Assembly (NCBI GenBank): GCA_963727895.1
Contig: CAVSHT010000005.1
Coordinates: 352,001 to 416,000 of the forward strand
DNA: 64,000 bases
Reading direction: 5' to 3'
DNA from: an uncultured Methanosarcinaceae archaeon
GTDB taxonomy: Archaea; Halobacteriota; Methanosarcinia; Methanosarcinales; Methanosarcinaceae
Part shown: positions 33,616 through 44,315 of the stretch, piece by piece
Position numbering within the stretch: position 1 is the stretch's first letter
Layout of the letters: every line of letters starts with the position of its first letter
Notes under the pieces: model-generated
Seen by the model: only the letters and a program-made list of their open reading frames with translations
Databases searched by the model: none
What the model was told of the DNA's origin: nothing
Made by a program: the position numbers and the translations under genes

Positions 33616-34709
33616 TTTTGATTTATTATATACATCGAACCGAGTACCTAATTGGATTGAAAATAATGTATATAGTATGCAAGTAACCGTAAAATCGAAA
33701 TTGGTTGTAACAGAAGAACAAAAACAAAAATTCTTACAGACCATGATAAGATTTAACGATGCTTGCAATTATGTTTCGCAAATTGCTTTTGAAAGCAAGA
33801 CATATAACAAATTCAAACTCCAAAAACTTGTGTATTATGATATACGAGAAAGATTTGAGCTGTCAGCTGATTTTTCACTGCTTCAGATTTATCAAAAACT
33901 AATCAGCTATCGATTCTAACACTTAATGGTAGAATCAAAGTTGGTATACAGTACAGTGATTACAGACAAATTGATACTAAAACGATGTTCTATAATCAAG
34001 CTGATCTGTTATATAAGAAAGGCGATTTCTATTTGATGTTAACAATAGATATGCCTGAACCAGAACCAATAGAGACAACTGGATTTCTAGGTGTTGATTT
34101 GGGGATTGTCAATTTAGCGACGACTTCAGATGGTAAAACATATTCTGGTGAGAAATGTACTGAAGTTCGAAAAAGATATGCTAAATTGAAAGCAGCTTTG
34201 CAATCAAAGGGAACATATTCTGCCAAGAAGCATTTGAAGAAAATGAGTGGTAGAGAACGTCACTTTAAGCAAAATACTAATCATTATATTTCTAAAGATA
34301 TCGTTGAGATAGCTAAAGACACAAATCGCTCTATTGTATTAGAAGAGTTAGTAGGCATTAGAGCGAGGACAACAGCTTCTAGAAAGCTTAACGATATTCT
34401 AGGTAAATGGGCATTTGGAGAATTAAGAAGCTATATCGAATATAAGGCTAAAGAAGTTGGAGTACCTATTGTAATAGTAGATCCACGTTACACATCACAA
34501 CAATGTTCAGTTTGTGGACATACTGAAAAAGATAATAGAAAGCATCAAGCCCATTTTGAATGTAAACATTGTGGGCATACTGAAAATGCTGATATTAATG
34601 CGGCAAAAAATATAGTTTCTAGGGCAGCCATCAACCTGCCTATTGTGTTCTACCTGTCTCAGGAATTTGAAACGCAAGCCATTGGGTCTTTAGCCCAATG
34701 GTAGTTGAA
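33558..34709 (+). mobile_element. Non-autonomous IS200/IS605-family (TnpB-only) element; left boundary approximate
   Basis: Related subterminal hairpins CCCTTGGATCTTTAGTCCAAGGG (33570-33592) and CCATTGGGTCTTTAGCCCAATGG (34679-34701); no tnpA. Confidence 0.75.
33677..34704 (+). pseudogene. tnpB: TnpB RNA-guided nuclease, frameshifted/internally deleted near 33880
   Basis: N-terminal FNDACNY; RuvC GVDLG, IVLEEL, NADINAA; Zn finger TSQQCSVCGH...CKHCG; split into two frames. Confidence 0.85.
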
Positions 34710-35135
34710 AAAAGTGCCAAAAAGGTGCCAAAGAGCCCCATTCCTAAACTTTTTGAGGAATTTGAGCTAAATATCCTCGATAATATATTTTTCTCTTTTC
34801 GTGCAAACTATTCGAGACTTTAAATACTACGCCTCCTATTTTTATATACAGACAAAATATATTATTATTTAAATACTAATATAAAAATCAAGAAGAGGAA
34901 GCACGAAAATGAAAACATATCGGGCAAAATGTATGGGTAAAAACTGTAGAATGGACTCAATGATGAAAGCATCAGCTAAAAGGCACTGCTTTCACCTAAA
35001 GAGGCGGTATAATGGTCGTAAGGCAGACTAAACGACTTCGCAAATATATCCCAGAAAAATCAAGGTATGTAAAATCAGCTAATGGGATAATGAGTCAAGC
35101 ATTCAAGCTGATAAAAGCAATGAGGCGGTGATATT

Positions 35136-35447
35136 GTGGCAACGAAGTTCATCATGGGATATCCTGTAGATGTTAATGATGATCCAGAGGACGAATCTCT
35201 AATTCACAAAGTCAAGCAGTTCAAGCCTAGCAATATGATGGGTCACACCTTCACTAAGCCACCCACTAGACTGAATTTGATAGAAACCAGCGGCTTACCA
35301 AAGTCAAAAAACTTGAGTCAACGACGCGGGGATATATTAACGCAGTATGAGCCTCGTAGAAGGAGAAAGAAAGCTATTCCGGAGTTTGAATCGCAGTTTA
35401 TAGGGGATCAAAATCCCTATGGTGACGATATGGTACAATGGCGGTGA
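35136..35447 (+). CDS. Hypothetical soluble protein with basic patch RRRRKK
   Basis: SD GGTGA, GTG start, coupled to downstream genes. Confidence 0.55.
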   Translation: MATKFIMGYPVDVNDDPEDESLIHKVKQFKPSNMMGHTFTKPPTRLNLIETSGLPKSKNLSQRRGDILTQYEPRRRRKKAIPEFESQFIGDQNPYGDDMVQWR

Positions 35448-35452
35448 ATTAA

Positions 35453-35743
35453 ATGATTGAAGGAATTAAAGTCCTTATAATGCGAATTATTGTATCATTA
35501 TGCATTGTCATTGGTGCCATGCCGCTATACAGGTTTATTTACGCATTTGCAGTAGGAACAAATCCAAGCTATTGCCTAGAAGCGATGTACACCGTTAATT
35601 CGAGCGTAAACATGATTTATCCTATTGCAATGATCGGAATTGCAATCGCGGTATTTCACATTTACTACCGCTGTGTTAGAAAGAGAGTTTATGAAAGCAC
35701 ATATTCGGAGACAGGATATTATGACCCCTACACGCGAACGTAA
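35453..35743 (+). CDS. Small two-TM hairpin protein (candidate virion protein)
   Basis: Two hydrophobic helices with basic RKR after TM2. Confidence 0.6.
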   Translation: MIEGIKVLIMRIIVSLCIVIGAMPLYRFIYAFAVGTNPSYCLEAMYTVNSSVNMIYPIAMIGIAIAVFHIYYRCVRKRVYESTYSETGYYDPYTRT

Positions 35744-36035
35744 GCTTCTAAAGCGGCTAAATGATTATATCCATGAGTCTGAGCCTGCGTTGGTAGTCTG
35801 CTGGTTCGACATAGTAAAAACTTTGATATTCGTAGCCGCGATTTGGGTTTGTCTGTCCCCATTGCTTGATGCTTTTTATCTCTACGTGAATGCAAATTCA
35901 TCGGGCTTTTACGCAAATACAGACATTGAGTTCACTTCTAGTGTATACAATTTTTGGCGGTACATACCGATCATAACAGTTGGTTTTGTACTTTTCTATG
36001 CAATCAACTACTCGAACTGGAAGAGGAACGAGTAA
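35721..36035 (+). CDS. Small two-TM hairpin protein (candidate virion protein)
   Basis: LIFVAAIWVCLSPLL...NSS sequon...WRYIPIITVGFVLFYAI. Confidence 0.6.
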   Translation: MTPTRERKLLKRLNDYIHESEPALVVCWFDIVKTLIFVAAIWVCLSPLLDAFYLYVNANSSGFYANTDIEFTSSVYNFWRYIPIITVGFVLFYAINYSNWKRNE

Positions 36036-36123
36036 TTTTCTTTCTTTTTTGCTGCTCACTATATCGAAAACACCAAAAAATATATGTGGCCGGCACTGTA
36101 TTAATTAATTGAGGTGATAGAAG

Positions 36124-36288
36124 ATGAGTGATGTTATACAGTGGTTTATAGGTGTTGGAACAAATATGCTTTGGATGATGGCAATCGTTTTTATAATGTT
36201 TACTGTCATGCTGATTATTTGTCATTTCTTACCAGAGCGACCAGCGGAGCCAGAACAAGCTGATGAGCAGCCAGAAGCCATAAACTAA
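36124..36288 (+). CDS. Single-TM small protein, 54 aa
   Basis: Read by hand: MSDVIQWFIGVGTNMLWMMAIVFIMFTVMLIICHFLPERP...; SD GAGGTGA; T-rich tract after the stop. Confidence 0.55.
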   Translation: MSDVIQWFIGVGTNMLWMMAIVFIMFTVMLIICHFLPERPAEPEQADEQPEAIN

Positions 36289-36649
36289 TTCTCTTCTTTT
36301 CTTCTTTTTCTTTTTTTGCGTCTTCTTCTACCGATTACTAATTCGAGGGTATATATATTCGGCACCGAATTATTATATACAGACGAAATATAATATTATT
36401 TACATATTAATATAAAAAAATCAGTAAGAGGAGACTTAAAATGAGTAAAATTGTAATCGGGATGACAGCCGACGTGGCTGAGACACTTGGCAATATAATC
36501 AATAGCGGGGTAAATTCAAGCTCGAACAACATGACGATGCATTCATCATTTTGAATGGTGCAAAAATCTATCGAAAGTATTCATCAATAACGTGGGCTGC
36601 GAAGAAGTATGATCGGCTCACTTCAATTTTTACAAAGGAGTGAGGGCAA

Positions 36650-38217
36650 ATGCATAAAAATATCCCAAGAATAATATTATTCACTTTACTATTTAGCTTG
36701 TTCACTGGTGCAGCTGGTGCATTGATAGCTATTCATTTGAAATATACGGATCTGGTAATTCTTCAGTTCGCGGTACAATCTATCAAACAATGAATTTTAC
36801 CAATGGTAGCTATTATACTATTGGTGCTTGGATGAAAACATCACCTGGTGCAGTAGGATTTTTAAAGGTGAATATCTTTAATAGCACTGGGAGTTATGAT
36901 TCCGCAGCAGCTGCGATGGGAACAGCTACAACAACGTGGACGTGGGTTTCGACTCGAGTCTTGGTCACAGTTCCACAAGCGCATGTTCGTATATTTCTAG
37001 CACTATATCAGACACAAAGAATGTATATTGTCACAGTTCCACAAGCGCATGTTCGTATATACGCAGATGCTACACCAAATGGTAACTTCTATGTAGATGG
37101 TATCATTGTATCACCTGATTCTTCATATTCAGCGAATGAATCAAATGATTCAACACACCTCTATCAGTCGTTTATATATACGCCTGCTACGGTCTATTCG
37201 AGTTCAGTATTTGCAACCAGTTTCGCGACTGAAACCCCTTCTAAGTATTCAAATAATGTTGCAACAGCAAAAATTGATGGTGCAACTGTTTCAGCTTGGA
37301 TTGCAAATAATCTAATATATGTCGATACCTCAGGTTTAACAGCCGGTGCACATACAATTCAGGTAACTGTAACACACGATGCACTTGTGTATGTAACTGC
37401 GGCTTTCAGCGCAAATACAACAAGTGGTCAGATACCACTCACTGTTGCTTTTACTGATACATCTACTGGCTCACCAACAAGCTGGGCTTGGAATTTCGGC
37501 GATGGCAGTACATCTACATCTCAAAATCCAACACACACATATAGCACATCTGGCACATATTCAGTCAGTTTGACTGCAACAAGTGCAAATGGTGCAGATA
37601 CCGAGACTAAAAATGCATATATCACAACGTCATCGACAATACCCACCGCAGCATTTTCGGGCTCGCCAATAATGGGTACTGCACCATTAACAGTGCAATT
37701 TACTGATAAAAGTGCTGGTGCGTCACCAATAACATATTTGTGGAATTTTGGTGACGGTAATACATCGACATATCAAAATCCATCACACATATATATCGCA
37801 AATGGCAACTACACGGTGAATTTGACTATCACAAATTCATACGGCACCAATAGTACATCTAAAACAGCATATATCGTCGTAGGCACATCTGACGCTGCAA
37901 ATAATACATTCAGAAACTATAGCCAATATAAAGATGTATTATTTCAGTCAAACATGTCAGCGTGGGACTTTGTGAAAAATACAAAGAATTTCTACGTAAG
38001 TTTCATGCCTGAATGGTTCTTCTGGCTGATCATATTGATCATCCCATATATTGGAATGTATAATAGACAGGGTGGTATTGAACTTGTTGCAGTGCTATAC
38101 TTGTTTACTGGTGGAATTGTTGCCCTTGTAATGCCAACTGTCATAGCACCCTTTGCAAAATGGTTCCTGATCTTGGGTGCCGGTGGCGTAATATATAAGA
38201 TGTTTGTTCCCGATTAA
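36650..38217 (+). pseudogene. Membrane-anchored adhesin (CBM-like + 2 PKD + 3 C-terminal TMs), signal peptide out of frame
   Basis: WNFGDG PKD motifs twice; YTIGAWMKT CBM-like strand; signal peptide at 36650 is in another frame; internal ~30-bp duplication (VTVPQAHVRI x2). Confidence 0.75.
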
Positions 38218-38343
38218 GGCTATTACGCTTCCTCTTCTTCGTTTTCATCGACTTCCGAGGCTTTTTATACTTTGTAACCTTTTTATAAACATAAAATATA
38301 TATTAATATTTAAATATAAATATATAAATCAGTGGTGAGAAGC

Positions 38344-38577
38344 ATGAACTCCTCTCATGACATGTTTAGCTTTGCCTTCGTGGCAATAATGATATTGGGC
38401 GGCATAGCAATGCTGTCTAGCGTTGTCTATATTGGTGGGCTGACTAATGCAACAGCTCCATTACATAGCACATTTACAACGATGACAGGGCTAATGAACA
38501 GCGGGATTGGGCTGGCAGCTATTGGTGTTATAGCATTGGGCGCTGGTATAGTGTTAAGAGTGTTCGATTATATTTGA
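38344..38577 (+). CDS. Small Gly/Ala-rich helical-hairpin protein, candidate major capsid protein of spindle-shaped virus type
   Basis: 77 aa, two long hydrophobic helices joined by an LTNATAP loop carrying an N-glycosylation sequon; has its own copy of the repeated promoter. Confidence 0.5.
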   Translation: MNSSHDMFSFAFVAIMILGGIAMLSSVVYIGGLTNATAPLHSTFTTMTGLMNSGIGLAAIGVIALGAGIVLRVFDYI

Positions 38578-38588
38578 GGGATATTATA

Positions 38589-38909
38589 ATGGTGCTACCT
38601 ATAAATGCTTGGCTAATGATCGTGATAATAGCGATTGCTTGTTCAGCGATTTCAATTTTTATAAAAGACTGGCAAAATTATATAGACGCCATTTGTGGTG
38701 TGCTTGCAGCAATATTATGGCTTATTTCAGGGCTTGCTTGGCTGTCAGGTATTGCTACAGACAATGCAACTTATATAGCGCCTTATTTGTTTTGGGTGTT
38801 CTTAGCGATCGCAGTAATTCAGGCTATACTAGCAATTGTTAGAATTTTGGACATATTGACTGAGAGAAAGAAAGAACAGCACACGTCATTTGCACCTATT
38901 CATCTATAA
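38589..38909 (+). CDS. Three-TM small membrane protein
   Basis: Hydrophobicity; closely coupled to the previous gene. Confidence 0.6.
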   Translation: MVLPINAWLMIVIIAIACSAISIFIKDWQNYIDAICGVLAAILWLISGLAWLSGIATDNATYIAPYLFWVFLAIAVIQAILAIVRILDILTERKKEQHTSFAPIHL

Positions 38910-39160
38910 GAAGGCAGTTTTAGTCCTCTATTATGTTATTTTTGGACTTCCTATTTTACCTAATACATTTACATCAGGCATAGACAATCGCTTAAAATAT
39001 CCCCTCTACGAAGGCTAGATAAGTCTGTATTTTGGCACTTTGAGTCGATTTTTCGAGGTTATTTATATCTTGAAGCGCTATTTCTATTTACAATAAAAAA
39101 TCTATTAATATTTACTAATTAATATATAAGTACACCACAAATTGAGGCTGTGAGCAAAAT

Positions 39161-39553
39161 ATGCCACGAGATGTGCTTAATATAAGCAAGTTAACTGATA
39201 AAGAACAGCAGATATTAAACAATGTACTCGAAGACAAATATGATCAAAAAGGATTAATGACGTACGGAGACTCAAATACTCGATGGTTCGAGAACAATAT
39301 ATGGCTTAACAAATTATATGTTTCATTAATAATTGTCATGATCAGCGCCGTGATTGATAGTATAATATCTCCGCATGCAATGAGTGATATTTATACACTG
39401 TTTGCTACTGGCTTTCCTGCAATTGATGATCACCTACGCGTTTTTGGAAATACAGGTTTAGCAATAGCGATTTTAATCGATATAATTACAGCATACATCA
39501 TAATATCGCTACTAGACGTATTTAAATTAGTCAAAAATCATTTTAGTAAGTAA
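39161..39553 (+). CDS. Two-TM membrane protein
   Basis: Hydrophobic segments; preceded by the repeated promoter cassette. Confidence 0.6.
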   Translation: MPRDVLNISKLTDKEQQILNNVLEDKYDQKGLMTYGDSNTRWFENNIWLNKLYVSLIIVMISAVIDSIISPHAMSDIYTLFATGFPAIDDHLRVFGNTGLAIAILIDIITAYIIISLLDVFKLVKNHFSK

Positions 39554-39873
39554 TATATTAATACTCACTTTTTCTTTTCACATGTAGTTTACTTCTAACG
39601 GCAAATAGAGAAACCGTAATCGATATTCGAACCTTTTTATATATTGAATCCCTATTTCTATTTACAGAAAAAATATATTACTATTTATATACAATTATAA
39701 AAGTCAAATATAACTGGCAGGTAGTATCGAATCGGAAAGGCTTAAACAACCTTCGTGGTAGCCACGTATACCTCGCAATTTTATCGCAGGCTGGATGGTT
39801 GGAATATTTAGAACTTCAGATACGATATCATCTCAAAAAGTCCACAACACATTGCAACAAATGAGGTGAAATT

Positions 39874-40395
39874 TTGGCCAGAGGGATCTACCACAAGACA
39901 AATGTTTTAAAGTTTAGGATTATGCACGCGGTATTCAATGCAGGTGAACCACTAACATGTAGAGAAATAGCATCCCGCCTTGATGTACCGCTTGTAAATG
40001 TAAGCGCCATAATGAATCATTATCAAAAGCAACCTGAGCATAAGTATTTTCGGTGACTAAAGCCAATAAAAGGCAAAGCATATCGATATAAACTCACAAA
40101 AAGCGGTGCGAAATACCTTGCAAAATATTGTTGGCGGCTGCATGAGGGCTTCAGTCTATCACTATATAAAGTAAAAAAGATGCCAAAGCGAGATAAAGTC
40201 ATAGCTGAGCGCAATGCTGAAGCTGAGTTGAGAGATGCTATATTTGAAAAAACAGGTGTTGAAATGCCTAGAAAGCCAAAACCAACAATAAAAGAACTAT
40301 TAAACTTTGATCCCGCTGAGTTAACCGATTACATGGGCATTACAAAAATGGGAGCGCTTGAAATGGGAATTACAGGATTCGACTTTGAGGTTTAA
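39874..40395 (+). pseudogene. Winged-helix protein interrupted by an in-frame TGA at 40054-40056
   Basis: LTCREIASRLDVPLVNVSAIM...YFR*LKPIKGKAYRYKLTKSG continues in frame into ORF 40180-40395. Confidence 0.7.
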
Positions 40396-41116
40396 TTCTC
40401 ATTCTTTAACCTCATACCACAATCAAAATAAACGTATTGATTTGGGATATTTGATAGTTGAGCCAATTCCGACCTTTAATTTTTGTCTCAATTTTAAATA
40501 TTTACACTCCATGTAGCTGCCTCCACGAAAACTGCCTTATATTATATTCTTGAGCGGCTTTGAGCGGTCCGTTCGCTGAATCTCGAACCGGTAGGCATTT
40601 TTGGACTTTTTGTCGATTTTATTAGGCTAAACGTAATTAGCTGCTCTGTATTTGTAGACTTATTTCGGAATCACAGTAATTATTAATGACACTCTAAACA
40701 CTGGTTAACATTTTGTATATCTATCTCAGTAGCCTCACCTCTAAGCTTTCTATAGATCCCACAATAACGCTTATCACAAGCTTTTTTACATGTATATGAA
40801 TTATTTCGATATGCAGAACATCTTAAAGCGTATTCGCATTTGATATCAAACATATCCAGCCCCTTTTAAACTTCAGTTGTTTCCACTTCATTTTCGAGCC
40901 TACCCCAAAGCTCAAAATCACTTCTCTAATGCTCAAATATTAAAAAAGAAAACAGCACAACTGGCTAATGTAGGTACTTAAACACCAGCCAGTTAGGATT
41001 TATTTTAGTTATTTAACTTTCAAGTATAGTTATACGTTTTTATTTCTAGTATCAATATTCAGGGTGTAAGTATACTAAAACATCAGTAACTTAGGGTTAT
41101 TGTCTTTCCATATGCT

Positions 41117-41545
41117 TCATCGGTAGTATTTATTATAATTGTTATAAAAGTTGTTATAATTGCCATACCAGCTGTGATAATTGCCGTACCAGCTGTTATA
41201 TTTTAACAACCACGCCATGTACATTTTATACCAATTATTGTAATATTTGTCGTGCTTCTTGTGGTTCCACTCATTCTTTTGGCGGTTCCAATTATTCCTT
41301 TGTTGGTCCCAATTATTCTTTTGGCGATTCCAATCATTCTTTTGGCGATCCCAATTATTCCTTTGTTGGTTCCAATTATTTCTATCCCCAATATTCTTTT
41401 GCTGGTTCAAATTATTTCTATCCCCAGTATTCTTCCCACCATTATTATATGCATTATTCGGAGCTGCACTTACTGCTGCAACTGTCACTGACATTACAAA
41501 ACAAAATGCCAGCAAAATTCCTAGTATCTTTCTCATTTTCAGCAT
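41117..41545 (-). CDS. Secreted Asn/Trp/Tyr heptad-repeat protein
   Basis: Signal peptide; NNWNQQR/NNWDRQK x6 and YNSWYGN-type heptads. Confidence 0.75.
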   Translation of the reverse strand: MLKMRKILGILLAFCFVMSVTVAAVSAAPNNAYNNGGKNTGDRNNLNQQKNIGDRNNWNQQRNNWDRQKNDWNRQKNNWDQQRNNWNRQKNEWNHKKHDKYYNNWYKMYMAWLLKYNSWYGNYHSWYGNYNNFYNNYNKYYR

Positions 41546-41944
41546 TTTATTTACCCCATATATTTGCTGTTTAGATAGCCTTCCTTTATTGTCTTAAGTA
41601 TCTCGCTGATTATTCACAGCTTGACAATCCTAAAATAAGCCAGCTAAAATATAAACATACTTATAAATAATAATTTATAAAAGGGGACTAATTATATAAA
41701 TAATGGTTTCTAAAGGATTAAATATGAAAATATCCTTTTATAAGTGATATAACTATGAAACCACGTCCCAAATGAATTAATTTCTTAAAAAAAGGTTTAG
41801 AAATTTTTATTTATCCATAACACAAATAACATTCTGTTGTGAAAATGTCCAAATAAGTATGTGAATGTATGATGAACAAAAGTCAAAATATCCAAGGAAA
41901 ATATATGGATATTAAAGAAATGGTCCAACTAGTTGATTAATATT

Positions 41945-42065
41945 GAAATATTCAGAAGACTGCTGATAAGATAGGAAACGAAAATTGAGAATTACCTTGC
42001 TATGCTTCATTTAGGATGTGCATGTATAACATTCAGGGCAGCAGGACTTTTCGGAAGGCTCTTAA
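41945..42065 (+). mobile_element. IS5-family 3' remnant
   Basis: Matches 53100-53217 (KIENYLAMLHL..AAGLFG region and right IR). Confidence 0.7.
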
Positions 42066-42182
42066 TGAGTATGATTATTGTACCTATGTATCGATTCCAC
42101 AAAAAACCTCTCTATTTTATATTTGCGAGAGGCGCCGTTCAGATCGTTCCGCGGTTCTGACAGTGTAACATAAGTTCTGTAA

Positions 42183-44315
42183 GTGCGACAAGATGTTATG
42201 TCATAAATTGCCTTGTGCTACTCTTTCCATTTAGAGTAATCCTATTATGAGGTGCATCAGCAGTAATGCAGTTGTACTAAGCTCGTAAGACAATGTGGAA
42301 AAGCCTGAAAGTCTAACTTGGGTCATCTGCTAGGGTAAAAATGCTATGAAGAAACATATGTTGAATCATTGTACGGGTCGTGACTCATGACAAGCGAAAC
42401 TAGACTGATACGCTTGAACCAAACGGTATGAAAGCAGGCTGCGATGGTGTTACAGACGTCGCAGAAAATGGACATACGACTTTCCGGTCTATAGATGGCT
42501 TCTAAAGCATTTACATTATTTGTGACATAAAACTTGGTAAGCCCTATATGCTCCTTTTAATAAAAAAAAAAAGAGGTAGAGACTCTGTGAAGGGAATTAA
42601 TTGCATAGAGGGTAGAGGATTCAGTAAAAAGCGAATGTCAATCTGTAATGGAATTGGATAGGGGTTCAAACTTTGCCTTGATCCGAAAGGGTGCAGACTT
42701 ACTGATTGGTGTTCTATTGTATGAAAGGAGGCAAACTTCTGAATGTAAGTATTTCAACGATATCCCTTCAGGATAAGAAGCTTACAGACGCTCATCTCTC
42801 CCAGAAATGGAAAAGTATCAACTGGCATCAAGTAGAGAAGAGTGTTAATAAGTTGCAAACCCGAATTACAAAAGCAGTCTTACAAAACAAATGGAACCTT
42901 GTCAAGAGATTACAGTATTTACTGACTCATTCCTATTCCGCCAAACTTTTGGCAGTAAGAAGAGTTACTCAAAATAAAGGAAAAAGGACATCTGGAATCG
43001 ATGGTGAGAAATGGTTAACACCTGACTCCAAAATGAAAGCTGTTCTTAGTCTCACTGGTAAAAGATACAAAGCTAAACCCCTTAAAAGAGTCTTCATCAA
43101 TAAACCTGGTAAGAAGAAGAAACGTCCTTTAGGTATCCCTACAATGTATGACAGAGCTATGCAGTCTTTATACGCATTAGCTCTTGAACCCATAGCTGAA
43201 ACTATGTCTGACATCAGGTCCTTTGGATTTAGAAAACACCGAAGTACTAAGGATGCATGTCAGCAAATCTTTCTATGTTTAAGCAAGAAAAATTCAGCCC
43301 AATGGATCTTAGAAGGCGATATTAAAGGATGTTTTGATAATATAAATCATCAGTGGTTGCTGGCTAATATTCCAATGGAAAAGTCAATACTAACTCAATT
43401 TCTCAAAGCAGGTTTTATTTACAAACGTCATCTGAATCCAACAAAAGCAGGCACGCCACAAGGCGGGATGATCTCCCCTATTTTGGCTAATATGACATTG
43501 GACGGTCATCGAGAAGTTACTTTTGGCTGAATACCCAAAAAGAAAAGAATTCAACCAAGGTTAACTTCATCAGATACTGCGATGATTTCATAGTAACTGC
43601 TAATTCAGAAGAAACTGCCAGAGAAATCAAGGATATGATTGCTGTTTTTCTTAAAGAAAGAGGTCTTGAACTATCTGATGATAAAACTCTTATCACAAAT
43701 ATTAATGAAGGCTTTGACTTTCTGGGCTGGAATTTCCGCAAGTACAAAGGCAAGCTTCTGATCAAACCTTCCAAGAAGTCCATTAAAAGATTCACTGAAA
43801 CAATTAGTCAAACCTTAAGAAAAGGGATAGCATGGTCCCAAGATAACTTAATTTCCAAACTAAATCCAATAATAAGAGGTTGGACTAACTATCATAATTC
43901 AGTGGTCTCTTCGGAAACATTCCAGACACTTGACCATCGAATCTGGGAAATGTTATGGAGATGGGCTAAAAGAAGACATCCAAACAAATCCAAAGATTGG
44001 ATTGTCAACAAATATTGGAAGCAAAGTACTACACGAAAATGGAACTTCAGAACAGAAAGAAACAGTTTATTGCTTTTATCCAAAACCAGAATCTATAGAC
44101 ACATTCCTTTAAAACTGCAAATGAATCCATTTCTTGATATCGACTACTTCCATGAACGTCATAATAAATTAAGTTCCCGGAAAAGTCAATCCGTTTGAAA
44201 AAAAACTGCTGCCTGATACAGAAAGGGTTATAGAACGCTTGAGCCGGATGAAGGGAAACTTTCAAGTCCGGTTCTTAGAAGAGGGAGAGCGAGTAATCGC
44301 TCTTTCTTATTCAAC
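42183..44315 (+). mobile_element. Group II intron
   Basis: 5' GTGCG; domain V GAGCCGGATGAAGGGAAACTTTCAAGTCCGGTTC, domain VI hairpin, 3' end ...TTCAAC. Confidence 0.9.
42721..44198 (+). pseudogene. ltrA: Group II intron reverse transcriptase/maturase, frameshifted near 43505-43550, no HNH endonuclease domain
   Basis: RVT_N, RPLGIPT, EGDIKGCFD, PQGG, YCDD (out of the first frame), GFDFLG, NPIIRGW maturase motif. Confidence 0.85.

Larger units (their letters stand above)
34811..39710 (+). promoter_or_regulatory. Five copies of a conserved promoter/leader cassette (starts ~34811, 36342, 38253, 39052, 39626)
   Basis: TTCGAG-like motif + TATA-like box, then TA(T/A)ACA..AAAATATATTAnTATTTAnATAnTAATATAnAAnTCA, upstream of SD and start. 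Confidence 0.7.

Noticed and set aside
40054..40056. Recoding of the in-frame stop in the wHTH gene
   Set aside because: It is TGA, not TAG, most simply CGA>TGA; there is no selenoprotein context.
42706..44198. RT as part of a DGR, retron or CRISPR-RT system
   Set aside because: It has a maturase domain and sits within canonical group II intron 5' end, DV and DVI; no TR/VR pair with A-specific differences was seen (the YVTN copies are near-identical).
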